Shown here piece after piece: positions 51,810-61,749 of a stretch of DNA of 64,000 bases; the stretch's first letter is position 1; each line of letters opens with the position of its first letter. Source of the DNA: a bacterium (GTDB lineage: Bacteria > Zixibacteria > MSB-5A5 > GN15 > FEB-12); NCBI GenBank assembly GCA_043811375.1, contig JBDRNJ010000064.1, forward strand, positions 32,001 to 96,000, in the 5' to 3' direction. A program made the translations under genes and the position numbers. The notes under the pieces are model-generated. The model was not told the origin of the DNA. It saw nothing but the letters and a program-made list of their open reading frames with translations, and did no database searches.

Positions 51810-52754
51810 ATGACGGACACAATGTCGTACCTGCGAGTGTCGTTGCTGCGCGGCTGCAACATGCGCTGTTTTTACTGTCGTCCTGCTGGTGCGGATGCCG
51901 ATATGGTTGATGCCCCGGTTGAGCGGAGACGGTTCGAAGCCGCTATCAAAGTGCTCCACCTGACCGGTGTACGAAAGGTGCGTTTCACCGGTGGCGAGCC
52001 GACCCTGTATAAAGATATGATCCGGCTGGCTTCTTTCACGAGGAACCTTGATGAGGGCATCCACGTGGCTATGACTACCAACGGGGTCCGGTTGTCGAAG
52101 CTGGCCGAACAGCTCGGCTCCGCCGGAGTCAACAGCATTAATATCAGTCTCGATTCTCTGCGGCGCGACAGATTTCATCGTATCACTGCCAGGGACTGGC
52201 TGAACAATGTGTTGGGCGGCATCGAGGCAGCCATCAAGCACATCCCGGTGGTAAAATTGAATTGTGTAATGATGCGCGGCATTAACGACGATGAAGCGGG
52301 CAGCATGATTGCGTTCGCCAACGATCTCGGGGTAACTATCAGGTTCATCGAGTTCATGCCCTCCCGAACGACCGGCGCCATCAAACGCTGGTATGTTTCC
52401 GGTGATGAGATCAGGGAGCGGGTCGGGTATTCGTTCCTGCCGGTCGGGGTCGATCCGACATCGGCGGCACGGTACTACCGTTCCGGGGATCTGGATATTT
52501 TAGTCGGCTTCATCAATCCGGTAAGCCATCCTTTTTGCGCCAATTGCAACCGTCTCCGTCTGGCCTCCGACGGCAAGCTGTATGGTTGTCTGTTCTCCGA
52601 CCGGGCCATAGATTTATTCGAGGCTCTTGACGCAGGACGTGAGCAGGCGTTGAGGAAAATCGCCGACCTGGTGGAGTCAAAGCGTTTTCAGGGTTGCTCC
52701 GGCGCTATCCGTGCCGGCGAAGCATTGCCGTCTTTTGTCGGAATCGGGGGTTGA
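51810..52754 (+). CDS. moaA: GTP 3',8-cyclase
   Basis: CNMRCFYC radical SAM motif, FTGGEP, FCANCNRLRL..GCLF, C-terminal IGG. Confidence 0.93.
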   Translation: MTDTMSYLRVSLLRGCNMRCFYCRPAGADADMVDAPVERRRFEAAIKVLHLTGVRKVRFTGGEPTLYKDMIRLASFTRNLDEGIHVAMTTNGVRLSKLAEQLGSAGVNSINISLDSLRRDRFHRITARDWLNNVLGGIEAAIKHIPVVKLNCVMMRGINDDEAGSMIAFANDLGVTIRFIEFMPSRTTGAIKRWYVSGDEIRERVGYSFLPVGVDPTSAARYYRSGDLDILVGFINPVSHPFCANCNRLRLASDGKLYGCLFSDRAIDLFEALDAGREQALRKIADLVESKRFQGCSGAIRAGEALPSFVGIGG

Positions 52755-52755
52755 C

Positions 52756-53238
52756 ATGGGGCGACTCAGTCACAGCGACAATAGTGGTCGGGCTCGGATG
52801 GTGGATGTCGGCGGCAAGGAGATCACCCGTCGCAGCGCCACCGCCCGAGTATCTGTGCATCTCAACGACGAGGCATTCGCGGCGCTCACGGAAAACCGTT
52901 CCACCAAGGGTGATGTCATGGCTGTGGCTAAGATCGCCGGAATCCAGGCCGCCAAAAAAACTTCGGAGTTGATACCGCTGTGCCATCCCGTGGCGCTAGA
53001 CCAGATCGATCTGGAATTCGTCCTCGACCGGGAACAGAGCACGGTCACGATCAAATCAACCGCGAGGTGTTCCTCGCGAACGGGTGTGGAGATGGAGGTA
53101 CTGACAGCCTGCAGTGTGGCCGCACTCACGGTATATGACATGCTGAAAGCGATTCAGAGGGATATAACCATTACCGACCTGGTACTGCTTGAGAAGAAGG
53201 GTGGGAAATCCGGTGACTTCCTCAAGTCTGATCCATAG
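52756..53238 (+). CDS. moaC: Cyclic pyranopterin monophosphate synthase
   Basis: RMVDV, LIPLCHP, TGVEME, YDMLKA, GGKSG. Confidence 0.96.
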   Translation: MGRLSHSDNSGRARMVDVGGKEITRRSATARVSVHLNDEAFAALTENRSTKGDVMAVAKIAGIQAAKKTSELIPLCHPVALDQIDLEFVLDREQSTVTIKSTARCSSRTGVEMEVLTACSVAALTVYDMLKAIQRDITITDLVLLEKKGGKSGDFLKSDP

Positions 53239-53650
53239 AATATCGGTTTCGAAAGTCAGGGGTGACAAGAAGAACAATGTGGACGAAGCCTTGCTGGCGG
53301 ATGATTGGGGTATCGTGGGCGATGTCCACGCCGGCTCGGAACGCCAGGTATCGCTGCTGCCCTTGGAGTCGTTCGCCAAACTCGACAGCGATCTGATCGA
53401 TATCAATCCCGGTGACTTCGCGGAGAATCTGACAACGACCGGTCTGGATTTCATCGGCGTCACCGTCGGTAATCGGTTGACTGTCGGCGAGGAGATAACT
53501 CTCGAGATTACGCAGATCGGTAAAGAGTGCCATCGCGGGTGCCGCATTCTTGAGATTGTCGGTGATTGTATAATGCCACGCGAAGGCTTGTTCGCAAAGG
53601 TGATCAGGGGAGGAATCATTAAGACTGGTGACTCCATCCGCTGGGACTGA
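53213..53650 (+). CDS. MOSC domain protein
   Basis: GDVHAG..RQVSLL, PGDFAENLTT, QIGKECH..C..GDCIMPREG; GTG start inferred. Confidence 0.9.
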   Translation: MTSSSLIHRISVSKVRGDKKNNVDEALLADDWGIVGDVHAGSERQVSLLPLESFAKLDSDLIDINPGDFAENLTTTGLDFIGVTVGNRLTVGEEITLEITQIGKECHRGCRILEIVGDCIMPREGLFAKVIRGGIIKTGDSIRWD

Positions 53651-53651
53651 A

Positions 53652-54164
53652 ATGAAGAATCAAGTCGCGGTCATTGTCGTTTCGGATCGGTGTGCCGCCG
53701 GGGTGCGGGAAGATCGCTGTCTGCCGGTGTTCCGGGACGCTTTTCAGGGGACGAATTTCCGGATGGTTGCCGATACCATCGTGCCCGATGATCCGGCCAG
53801 GATCGAAAAGGCTCTGAGAGAATATATCGGCGCCGGGCACCAGTTGATTTTCACCACCGGCGGCACCGGCTGCGCTCCTCGCGACGTCACTCCGGAAGTC
53901 ACCAGTTCACTACTGGACCGACCCACTCCCGGGCTGGACGAGGCGATTCGTCGTTTCAGCTTCGGGAAATCTCCCCATGCGGTTTTCTCACGAGCCGTCT
54001 CCGGCATTGCCGGTTCATCGTTGGTTGTCAACCTGCCGGGGTCACCCCGGGCAGTGCGAGAGATTCTGGAGTTCATTCTTCCGTTGATCGAGCACCCCTT
54101 GAATCTGATAGCCGGTCGAATCACCGACTGCGCGGAAGAGACACCTTCACATGATCAGTCTTGA
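53652..54164 (+). CDS. Molybdopterin adenylyltransferase MogA/MoaB family
   Basis: VSDR..REDR, TTGGTG..PRDVTPE, NLPGSP. Confidence 0.92.
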   Translation: MKNQVAVIVVSDRCAAGVREDRCLPVFRDAFQGTNFRMVADTIVPDDPARIEKALREYIGAGHQLIFTTGGTGCAPRDVTPEVTSSLLDRPTPGLDEAIRRFSFGKSPHAVFSRAVSGIAGSSLVVNLPGSPRAVREILEFILPLIEHPLNLIAGRITDCAEETPSHDQS

Positions 54165-55362
54165 AGACGCCCTGAGACTCATAGAAGACAACCTGCCCGA
54201 ATCCGGCCGAACCAGGGTTGCCGTTGAAGACTCCATCGGCTATACGCTCTGCGAAGATATCGTTTCAGATATTGACGTGGTGTCTTTCCGCAACTCAGCC
54301 ATGGACGGATACGCGGTGTGTTCGGGGTGGCTCGCCCGGTGCTCGCGATCCGATCCGGTTACACTGCCTTGTCATGACACCGTGTTTGCCGGTGAATCGG
54401 ATATAGCCGCTTTTCGCGAGGGAATGGTTGTGAAGATTATGACCGGCGCTCCAATTCCGGAAGGATATGACGCGGTGGTGAAGATCGAGGATACCAACGG
54501 CGACAACGGTAACGTCAATTTCCGGGAGCCGATTGAACCCGGCGCCAATGTCCGTCATCCCGGAGCGGACATACAGCGCGGGCAGATGCTGTTTACCGAA
54601 GGACACGTCGTGCGGGTTCTCGACGTCGGAGTCCTGGCCGGCATCGGCCTGACCCGCGTGCCCGTGTATGCCAGACCCTCGGTGTTGGTCGCCACCACCG
54701 GTAACGAACATGTCCTTCCGGGATCACCGCTGGCACGGGGGGAAATCTACAACTCCAATCTGTACACCGTTTCGTCCCTGGTGCGACCGTTTTCTGACGG
54801 CCTGGAAACCATCTCGACCGTCACCGATGACCCGCAGTTACTTCGGGGAGTGCTGCAAAGAAAACACGACGTGATTGTCACCACCGGCGGAGTGTCGGCT
54901 GGCGAACGGGATATGGTGGTTTCCACAGCCGTCGGCGAGGGCTGGTTGTCGGTGTTTCACAAGGTCAGGATCAAGCCGGGTAAACCGGTCTACTTTGCCC
55001 GTAAAGGAAAGCAACTGCTCTTTGGCCTCCCCGGTAACCCCCTGTCGGCTGCCGTTACCTGCGCCATGCTGGTGATTCCGGCTCTCAAGAGGATATGTGG
55101 CCGCACAGATTTGTTCCCCGTTCCCTCGCCGGCCCGACTGGGCAAAACACCGATTCGACAGTGCCGCCGAACCCTGGTCTGGCCGGGCAGACTGCGACGC
55201 GAAACCGACGGGGTGGTGGCTGATTTTTCACCTAAGGAGTTATCACAGTCATTGTCCGCCTTGTTGGGGTCGGACGGTCTGATTATCCAGGGTGCAACGA
55301 CGGATACCGGCAGTTCCCGGCCGGCGATCGGAGTCCTCTGGTGGGATGATCTGCTGCGGTAG
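54151..55362 (+). CDS. moeA: Molybdopterin molybdotransferase
   Basis: SAMDGYA, IMTGAPIP, TGNE, TTGGVSAG, KPGKP, LPGNP. Confidence 0.95.
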   Translation: MISLEDALRLIEDNLPESGRTRVAVEDSIGYTLCEDIVSDIDVVSFRNSAMDGYAVCSGWLARCSRSDPVTLPCHDTVFAGESDIAAFREGMVVKIMTGAPIPEGYDAVVKIEDTNGDNGNVNFREPIEPGANVRHPGADIQRGQMLFTEGHVVRVLDVGVLAGIGLTRVPVYARPSVLVATTGNEHVLPGSPLARGEIYNSNLYTVSSLVRPFSDGLETISTVTDDPQLLRGVLQRKHDVIVTTGGVSAGERDMVVSTAVGEGWLSVFHKVRIKPGKPVYFARKGKQLLFGLPGNPLSAAVTCAMLVIPALKRICGRTDLFPVPSPARLGKTPIRQCRRTLVWPGRLRRETDGVVADFSPKELSQSLSALLGSDGLIIQGATTDTGSSRPAIGVLWWDDLLR

Positions 55363-55549
55363 TACGATTGGCTACGGTGCCTTGTGCCGGAGGGCGAAAA
55401 ACAATGGCAACCCCGACCTCACTCTCCCCAAACTCACGTGGAATTCTATCCCAAAACTAATACGGGGTTTTCAATACTTAACGGATGTCGATGAAAGACA
55501 ATCAACTATCGTCAGATTGTATCAGGGAATCAAGGATGCGAATGAGCCG

Positions 55550-56308
55550 CTAAATCAGCGATTTCAGTTTGAGCCATTCTAACGTCTTTCTCAGAAACCG
55601 CAGATCAACCTCAAGCGCCCATACTGCTCCAGGAGCAGACTCTTCAAGTGCGTGACAGACATCAATCATCGGAATGGAGCCTACATCCAGACCCAAGTGC
55701 TCATCATGTTCACCGTAGTTATTGTGCAAGTGGACATATCCGATCTGACCGCCTAGTCGATCTATCCATTTCAGGGGTTTGAGCCTCGAGAAACAGTGGG
55801 CGTGACCGAAGTCCAGACAGATATCAAACCGTGGTTCGCCAATCGCTGCAACAAGATCAGACAGCAGTTCCGGATCTCTGTCCAGATGATTCTCTATATG
55901 AATCTGTATTTTCTCCGGGCTGTTTGACAAGAACGCACTCCAGAAGGCGACAGATCGTTTCAACCAGTTCTTCGGAGAGCTCGTTCCGGGGACGTAGCCG
56001 TGATGAAAAATCATGTGTGAGGTCTCCAAAGTGCTGCCGACTGCCAGGGCCTGGTAAAATCGCTTTAGAGCAAGTTTCCGAACCAGCGGATCAAAGCTGC
56101 CTGGTACCAAATCACTCAAAGGACCATGCATTGACCTTAGCGGAATATTCCTGATTGCGTCGAGGTGAAGTTCTTGACAGCCATCCGGATTCGCCAGGTT
56201 CTTTGGGTCGTGGAATGACTGCATTTCAATGCCATATCCCTCAGTACTGCAAATCGGTGCAACCTTCTCTAAGTCGCAGCCATCACAGATCAACAGAGCT
56301 TTCATCAT
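55550..56308 (-). CDS. Sugar phosphate isomerase/epimerase (TIM barrel, AP endonuclease 2 family)
   Basis: MHGP..DL.PGS.D, IEN, CLDFGH, HLHNN.G..DEH, ALE. Confidence 0.85.
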   Translation of the reverse strand: MMKALLICDGCDLEKVAPICSTEGYGIEMQSFHDPKNLANPDGCQELHLDAIRNIPLRSMHGPLSDLVPGSFDPLVRKLALKRFYQALAVGSTLETSHMIFHHGYVPGTSSPKNWLKRSVAFWSAFLSNSPEKIQIHIENHLDRDPELLSDLVAAIGEPRFDICLDFGHAHCFSRLKPLKWIDRLGGQIGYVHLHNNYGEHDEHLGLDVGSIPMIDVCHALEESAPGAVWALEVDLRFLRKTLEWLKLKSLI

Positions 56309-56700
56309 TATCCTCCTGTAAATCCCAACTTGCCGTGGCGTTGAGGCAAAAGACTGACAACATCTCTCACGATATTCGCGACAAAACAGCCCTGATGGTA
56401 CATAAAAGATAACTTCGATTCACGCTGGGGTTTCTTTACATCAATGCTGCGTCTATGAGACGAGTTCCGCAACTGGGTGATGGAGAACGCAGCGTGAAAA
56501 TACGGCCCCGGCCTTACTCTCAGAATACTGTTGTGAGCTTTGAATTATCAATGCGTATGCACTACGGGATAATAGGTGGATGTCGTTGTAAAGAAATCAA
56601 GTGCAAGCAGACAAGCAACCAGAACCAGAATACAGTACGGAAACCAAAAGACAGGTTGAGCTTAAGCTTCTCCCTGGATATCGATCGAGAGTAATAAATA

Positions 56701-56961
56701 TTACGTTACATTCACAATCACAGCAATTATCGTGAATATGATTATTATTAAACTCCAGAGTTTCCAGCCGCCGGATTTTTCAGGTTTTTTTATCGATCTG
56801 CTGATTAAATAAAGGATAACAAAATAGCTTGGACTGTTTGATATTAATGAATCAACTTCAATATGCAGTATCTTCTTAAATAATACCGCCATTCCAACTA
56901 TACAAAAACCAGCTACTAAGGCAACTTTGATTTCATTAGACTTAAAGAAGCTTTTAAGCAT
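56701..56961 (-). CDS. Small hypothetical membrane protein (AT-rich)
   Basis: 86 aa with 2-3 hydrophobic segments; AAGGA upstream. Confidence 0.55.
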   Translation of the reverse strand: MLKSFFKSNEIKVALVAGFCIVGMAVLFKKILHIEVDSLISNSPSYFVILYLISRSIKKPEKSGGWKLWSLIIIIFTIIAVIVNVT

Positions 56962-57134
56962 ATTCAGTTATCCTTATTACATGAAGCCCAATTCAGGCTG
57001 TGAAATTCAGTGTAAACTCTATAATTTCTCATTTTACAAATATAGCAAGATACAATGTTATAACAAGCCAAGATCTCTACTTATGAATTGTCTACTTGAC
57101 AAGGAAGTTCACCCTACTTAGTGGCGTTGCCACG

Positions 57135-60100
57135 TTACAGCTTTCTGGCCTTCACCAGATAGAACAGCACCGGAACAATGATGAGAGTCAGGACGGTTGA
57201 CGACACTAACCCACCAACCATCGGGGCCGCGATACGTTGCATCACTTCCGATCCGGTACCGTGACCGAGCATGATCGGCAGCAACGCCAGTATGGTGGTG
57301 GCTACTGTCATCAGCTTGGGACGGACTCGTTCGACGGCGCCCTCCATGACGGCCTCTTGCAGATCGGTCAGCGAATTCAGACGCCTCTGCTCCCGGTACC
57401 TTCTGACTGCTTCCTCCAGGTAGACCAGCATGACTACTCCGGTTTCTGCCGCCAAGCCGGCCAGAGCGATGAAACCGACATACACCGCCACGGAAGTGTT
57501 GAACCCGTACAGATAGAAGAACCATATACCTCCGACCAGTGCGAACGGCAGCGACAGGATCACGATCAGGCAGTCGGTCAGATTCTTGAAGTGCAGGTAC
57601 AACAGCAGGAATATGACAAACAATGTCAGCGGCACAATGACCCTCAGCTTCTCGGCTACCGCTTGCATGTTTTCATACTGTCCCGACCACAGGATACTGT
57701 AACCGACCGGAAGCGTTACTGACGCCTCGACTTCCCGGCGTGCGGTCGCGACATAGGTGCCGACATCGATGTCCTTCAGATCAACAAACACCCATGCGGT
57801 TGGTCGGGCGTTCTCGGACTTGATCATAGCAGCACCCTTGCTGAATCCGAGTGTCGCAATCTGGCCCAGCGGAACGTTGCCGCCGCCCGGCGTCGGAATC
57901 AGAACTCGGCGCATGGCTTCGGGGTTGTCCCGAAGCTCGCGGGGGTAGCGGACGTTGATCGGGTATCGTTCGCGACCTTCGACTGTCGAGGTGAAACTCA
58001 TGCCGCCGATTGCAGTTTTGATAACATCCTGGACATCAGCTACAGTGAGGCCAAGAGCCGCCGCCTTGAAGCGGTCGATATCCACGTCCAGGTAGTTACC
58101 TCCGGTGACACGTTCAGCATAGGCTGACCTGGTTCCGGGCAGTGGTTTCACTGCCGTTTCGATGCGCTGCGCAATCGCGGTCAGGCTGTCCAGGTCAGGC
58201 CCCATTACCTTGATGCCGATCGGTGTTTTGATACCCGTCGCAAGCATGTCAATTCTGGTTTTGATGGGCATTGTCCAGGCGTTGGTGAGTCCTGGGAACT
58301 GGATGGCCATGTCCAGCGAATCGACCAGCATTTCCGGTGTCAGTCCGAGACGCCATTGATCTATCGGCTTGAGCATGATGGTTGTCTCCAGCATCGTAAG
58401 GGGCGCCGGATCAGTAGCAGTCTGGGCGCGACCTGCCTTACCGAACACCCGTTCGACTTCCGGAAACGACTTAATGATGCGATCGGTCTGTTGAAGCAGT
58501 TCCCTGGCCTTGCCTACCGAGATGCCGGGCAGGGTGGTTGGCATGTAAAGCAAATCACCTTCATACAACGGCGGCATAAATTCGGACCCGATGCGGCTTA
58601 GCGGTATGAACGTGACAGCCATGATTACAATGGTTGCAAGAATGACAATAAGTTTATGTCTCAGGGCAAAGCTGATGATCGGTCGATATAACGCGATGCT
58701 TACGCGGGAGATGGGATTACGGCTCTCCGGCCGTATCTTCCCTCTCATAAACAGTGCGATGAGAGCTGGTATCAACGTGATTGAGAGAAGGGCCGAGGCG
58801 GCCATCGCAAAAGTCTTTGTGTAGGCCAGGGGCTTAAACAGGCGGCCGGACTGACCCTCCAGCGCCAGCACCGGCAGGAAAGAGACCGTGATGATCAGTA
58901 GCGAGAAGAATAGCGCCGGGCCGACTTCCCGGGCGGAATCAAGCACAATCTGAAGGCGTGGTTTCTTGTCGCGATCGCGCTCCAGATGTTTGTGGGCATT
59001 CTCCACCATCACCAGTGAAGCATCGACCATGACTCCAATGGCAATGGCGATTCCTCCCAGCGACATGATGTTGGCGTTGATACCCATTAGATGCATGACC
59101 AGCAGGGACAACAGTACACCGGTGGGAAGGGTTACCATGGCGATGAGTGTCGAACGGACATGCAACAGGAAAAGAAGCGTGATCAGCATGACCACAATCA
59201 TTTCTTTGACGAGCGTGTTGCGCAGGTTGCCGACAGCAGCGTCAATCAGTTGGGAGCGATCATAGACAGGGACAATCGTCACCCCGTCTGGGAGTCCGGC
59301 TGAAAGTTCCGATAGTTTCTGCTTCACGCGTCCGATCACCTCGCGGGCGTTGTCTCCCCAGCGTATGACAACGATTCCACCAACGGTCTCGCCCTCACCA
59401 TCAAGTTCCGCAACCCCGCGACGAATCTCTGGACCGAACTGAATGTTGGCTACTGACGACAACAAAACGGGTGGGCCGTCTTTGGGCGAGTGTATGGGAA
59501 CGTTCCGCAGGTCTTCGAGATCACCGACATACGCCTGGCTGCGCACCATGAACTCTGTCTCGGCCAATTCCAGCAGCCGTCCTCCGACTGCGCCGGTGGA
59601 CCGCTTGACAGCCATGATGATATGCTTGAGAGGGATACCATAGAACTCCAGTTTGCGAGGATCGACCTCAATCTGGTACTGGCGTACGAAACCGCCCACC
59701 GATGCGACTTCCGACACACCGGGTACGGAAGACAGTTCGTATTTCAGAAACCAGTCCTGTATCGAACGAAGTTCGGCAAGGTCATGTTGATTGGTAGTAT
59801 CAACCAGTGCATACTGGTAGACCCAGCCTACCCCGGTCGCATCGGGGCCGAGTTGGGGAGATGCGTCCCCGGGAAGTCGCCCGGATACCTGCGAGAGGTA
59901 TTCAAGAACGCGGCTTCGTGCCCAGTAAATGTCGGTACCGTCTTCAAAGATGACATAGACAAACGACAGCCCGAAGTATGAGAATCCTCGCACGTTCTTT
60001 GCCTTGGGTACGGCCAGAAGCGCGGTGGACAAGGGATAGGTCACCTGGTCCTCGACAACCTGCGGTGGTTGCCCCGGGTACTCGGTCTGGACAATGATCT

Positions 60101-60236
60101 GGACATCCGATAGATCGGGGATGGCATCGACCGCAATTTCACCCGCGGCATATATCCCGGCCAACAGCAAAACCGTCGTGATCGCCAGAACCATCCAGCG
60201 GTTATTGATCGAGTACTCGATAATCTTACTGGTCAT
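57135..60236 (-). CDS. cusA: CusA/SilA-type heavy-metal RND efflux permease
   Basis: DAIPDLSDVQ, DIYWARSRVLEYL, NIMSLGGIAIAIG, GSEFMPPL, DPAPLTM, RIDML, RVRPKLMT. Confidence 0.94.
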   Translation of the reverse strand: MTSKIIEYSINNRWMVLAITTVLLLAGIYAAGEIAVDAIPDLSDVQIIVQTEYPGQPPQVVEDQVTYPLSTALLAVPKAKNVRGFSYFGLSFVYVIFEDGTDIYWARSRVLEYLSQVSGRLPGDASPQLGPDATGVGWVYQYALVDTTNQHDLAELRSIQDWFLKYELSSVPGVSEVASVGGFVRQYQIEVDPRKLEFYGIPLKHIIMAVKRSTGAVGGRLLELAETEFMVRSQAYVGDLEDLRNVPIHSPKDGPPVLLSSVANIQFGPEIRRGVAELDGEGETVGGIVVIRWGDNAREVIGRVKQKLSELSAGLPDGVTIVPVYDRSQLIDAAVGNLRNTLVKEMIVVMLITLLFLLHVRSTLIAMVTLPTGVLLSLLVMHLMGINANIMSLGGIAIAIGVMVDASLVMVENAHKHLERDRDKKPRLQIVLDSAREVGPALFFSLLIITVSFLPVLALEGQSGRLFKPLAYTKTFAMAASALLSITLIPALIALFMRGKIRPESRNPISRVSIALYRPIISFALRHKLIVILATIVIMAVTFIPLSRIGSEFMPPLYEGDLLYMPTTLPGISVGKARELLQQTDRIIKSFPEVERVFGKAGRAQTATDPAPLTMLETTIMLKPIDQWRLGLTPEMLVDSLDMAIQFPGLTNAWTMPIKTRIDMLATGIKTPIGIKVMGPDLDSLTAIAQRIETAVKPLPGTRSAYAERVTGGNYLDVDIDRFKAAALGLTVADVQDVIKTAIGGMSFTSTVEGRERYPINVRYPRELRDNPEAMRRVLIPTPGGGNVPLGQIATLGFSKGAAMIKSENARPTAWVFVDLKDIDVGTYVATARREVEASVTLPVGYSILWSGQYENMQAVAEKLRVIVPLTLFVIFLLLYLHFKNLTDCLIVILSLPFALVGGIWFFYLYGFNTSVAVYVGFIALAGLAAETGVVMLVYLEEAVRRYREQRRLNSLTDLQEAVMEGAVERVRPKLMTVATTILALLPIMLGHGTGSEVMQRIAAPMVGGLVSSTVLTLIIVPVLFYLVKARKL

Positions 60237-61749
60237 GGTTTTCCTCCGGCTGGTACCTGACCAGGTTCATACCACACACTGGACATTCACCCTTGTGATC
60301 CTGGGTTACCCCACATTCGGTCATAGGGCAGACATAGACCTGATGATTGTCGGTTTCGGACAGGGGTACCAGCTTCATCCCGCACTCAGAGCAGTTACCT
60401 TCTCCGTATTGAAAAACGTTGTAATGTTCGGGCATCGGACAGGTGTAGATGTCGTGGCCGCCGGTGGCGACAAACTCGTCAGAGTCAGGTTCGGGTGAGG
60501 CGCTGACCTGTTTGTGATCGGTATCGTGTTCTTCATGAGTGTTTCCGTGATCGTGTCCGGCCTGGTATCCTTCGGTGAGGGCTTCGCCCAGGCGTGATTC
60601 ACTGTCCAGCAGGAACTGTCCTGATGTCACCACCAGTTCGTTTTCAGAGAGCCCGGAGAGGACGGCGATGTTATCATCATCTCCCACTGCTCCCGTCACG
60701 ATAACTCTCGGCTCGTAGACATCATCACCCGATGCGACATACACCAACTGTCGGACCCCGGAATTGATGACGGCAGATCTGGGGATTACCAGTCGGTTGC
60801 CCTCAAGATGGGACGCAATCGAGACCTCGGCATACATCTCAGGCATAAGTCGATAGTCGCTGTTGTCGATATCGAGGCGTATTTCCACTTGGCCGTGAGT
60901 ATCGAGAAAGGGAGATATGTACGAAATCGTCGAAGTGATCTCTCTGGCTCCTGTGTTCGGCAGTACAATACTCGTCCGTTGGTCAACATGAACGAACGGG
61001 ACGTCCTGCTCATAGATGTGAGCCACCACCCATACGGTCGAAAGATCAGTGATTTCATACAGTTCGGCTCCCGGCTTGAGATGGTCACCTTCGGAGACAT
61101 TCTTGGAGATCACTACGCCGTTGGCGGGGGCGTGGATTGTCATAGTGCGGGTAATCTCGCCGGAAGATTTAAGACGCTCGATCTGGTCTTCGGAGATGTC
61201 CCAGTTGGACAATCGGCGGCGAGCCGCTCTTATCAGGTCGGATGCAGACTCTCCTGATTTGACTGCTATCAGATATTCTCTCTGGGCGGCCACAAGAGCT
61301 GGAGAGTACAGTTCCAGAAGTGGTTGTCCCTGATAGACTTTCTGGCCTTCGTGATCGACAAAGAGCCGTTCCACCCAACCGTCGATCTTGAGATTGACGG
61401 TGTGCCTGTTTGGCTCGGCAATGACAACCTCGCCGAACGCATGCACCATCCTGCTGAGCGTGCCATATTCAGCCGGTGCCGTTACAAGTCCCATGTTCTG
61501 CCTGGTGACCGGATCAATCGTGACTGATCCTGCCGCACCGGCGCCCGTTTTCTTGGGCGTCAGTTTCATCCCGCAGATCGGGCAGTATCCCGGTTCATCG
61601 GAGATAATCTCCGGGTGCATACCGCATGTGTACTGTTGGACTTCGGCACTCTCACCAGACGACAGTTGATCCTCGCCGTGCGGCATGATGAGATATGCGA
61701 GGCCGAATCCTGCGGCCAAAGCTGCTATTATGATTATTGCTGTTTTCAT
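60226..61749 (-). CDS. cusB: CusB-type periplasmic adaptor with three heavy-metal-binding domains
   Basis: YTCGMHP..CPICGMKL, GWVERL, YSPALVAAQRE, QFLLDSES, His-rich linker, two further YxCPM..CxxCGM domains. Confidence 0.9.
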   Translation of the reverse strand: MKTAIIIIAALAAGFGLAYLIMPHGEDQLSSGESAEVQQYTCGMHPEIISDEPGYCPICGMKLTPKKTGAGAAGSVTIDPVTRQNMGLVTAPAEYGTLSRMVHAFGEVVIAEPNRHTVNLKIDGWVERLFVDHEGQKVYQGQPLLELYSPALVAAQREYLIAVKSGESASDLIRAARRRLSNWDISEDQIERLKSSGEITRTMTIHAPANGVVISKNVSEGDHLKPGAELYEITDLSTVWVVAHIYEQDVPFVHVDQRTSIVLPNTGAREITSTISYISPFLDTHGQVEIRLDIDNSDYRLMPEMYAEVSIASHLEGNRLVIPRSAVINSGVRQLVYVASGDDVYEPRVIVTGAVGDDDNIAVLSGLSENELVVTSGQFLLDSESRLGEALTEGYQAGHDHGNTHEEHDTDHKQVSASPEPDSDEFVATGGHDIYTCPMPEHYNVFQYGEGNCSECGMKLVPLSETDNHQVYVCPMTECGVTQDHKGECPVCGMNLVRYQPEENHDQ

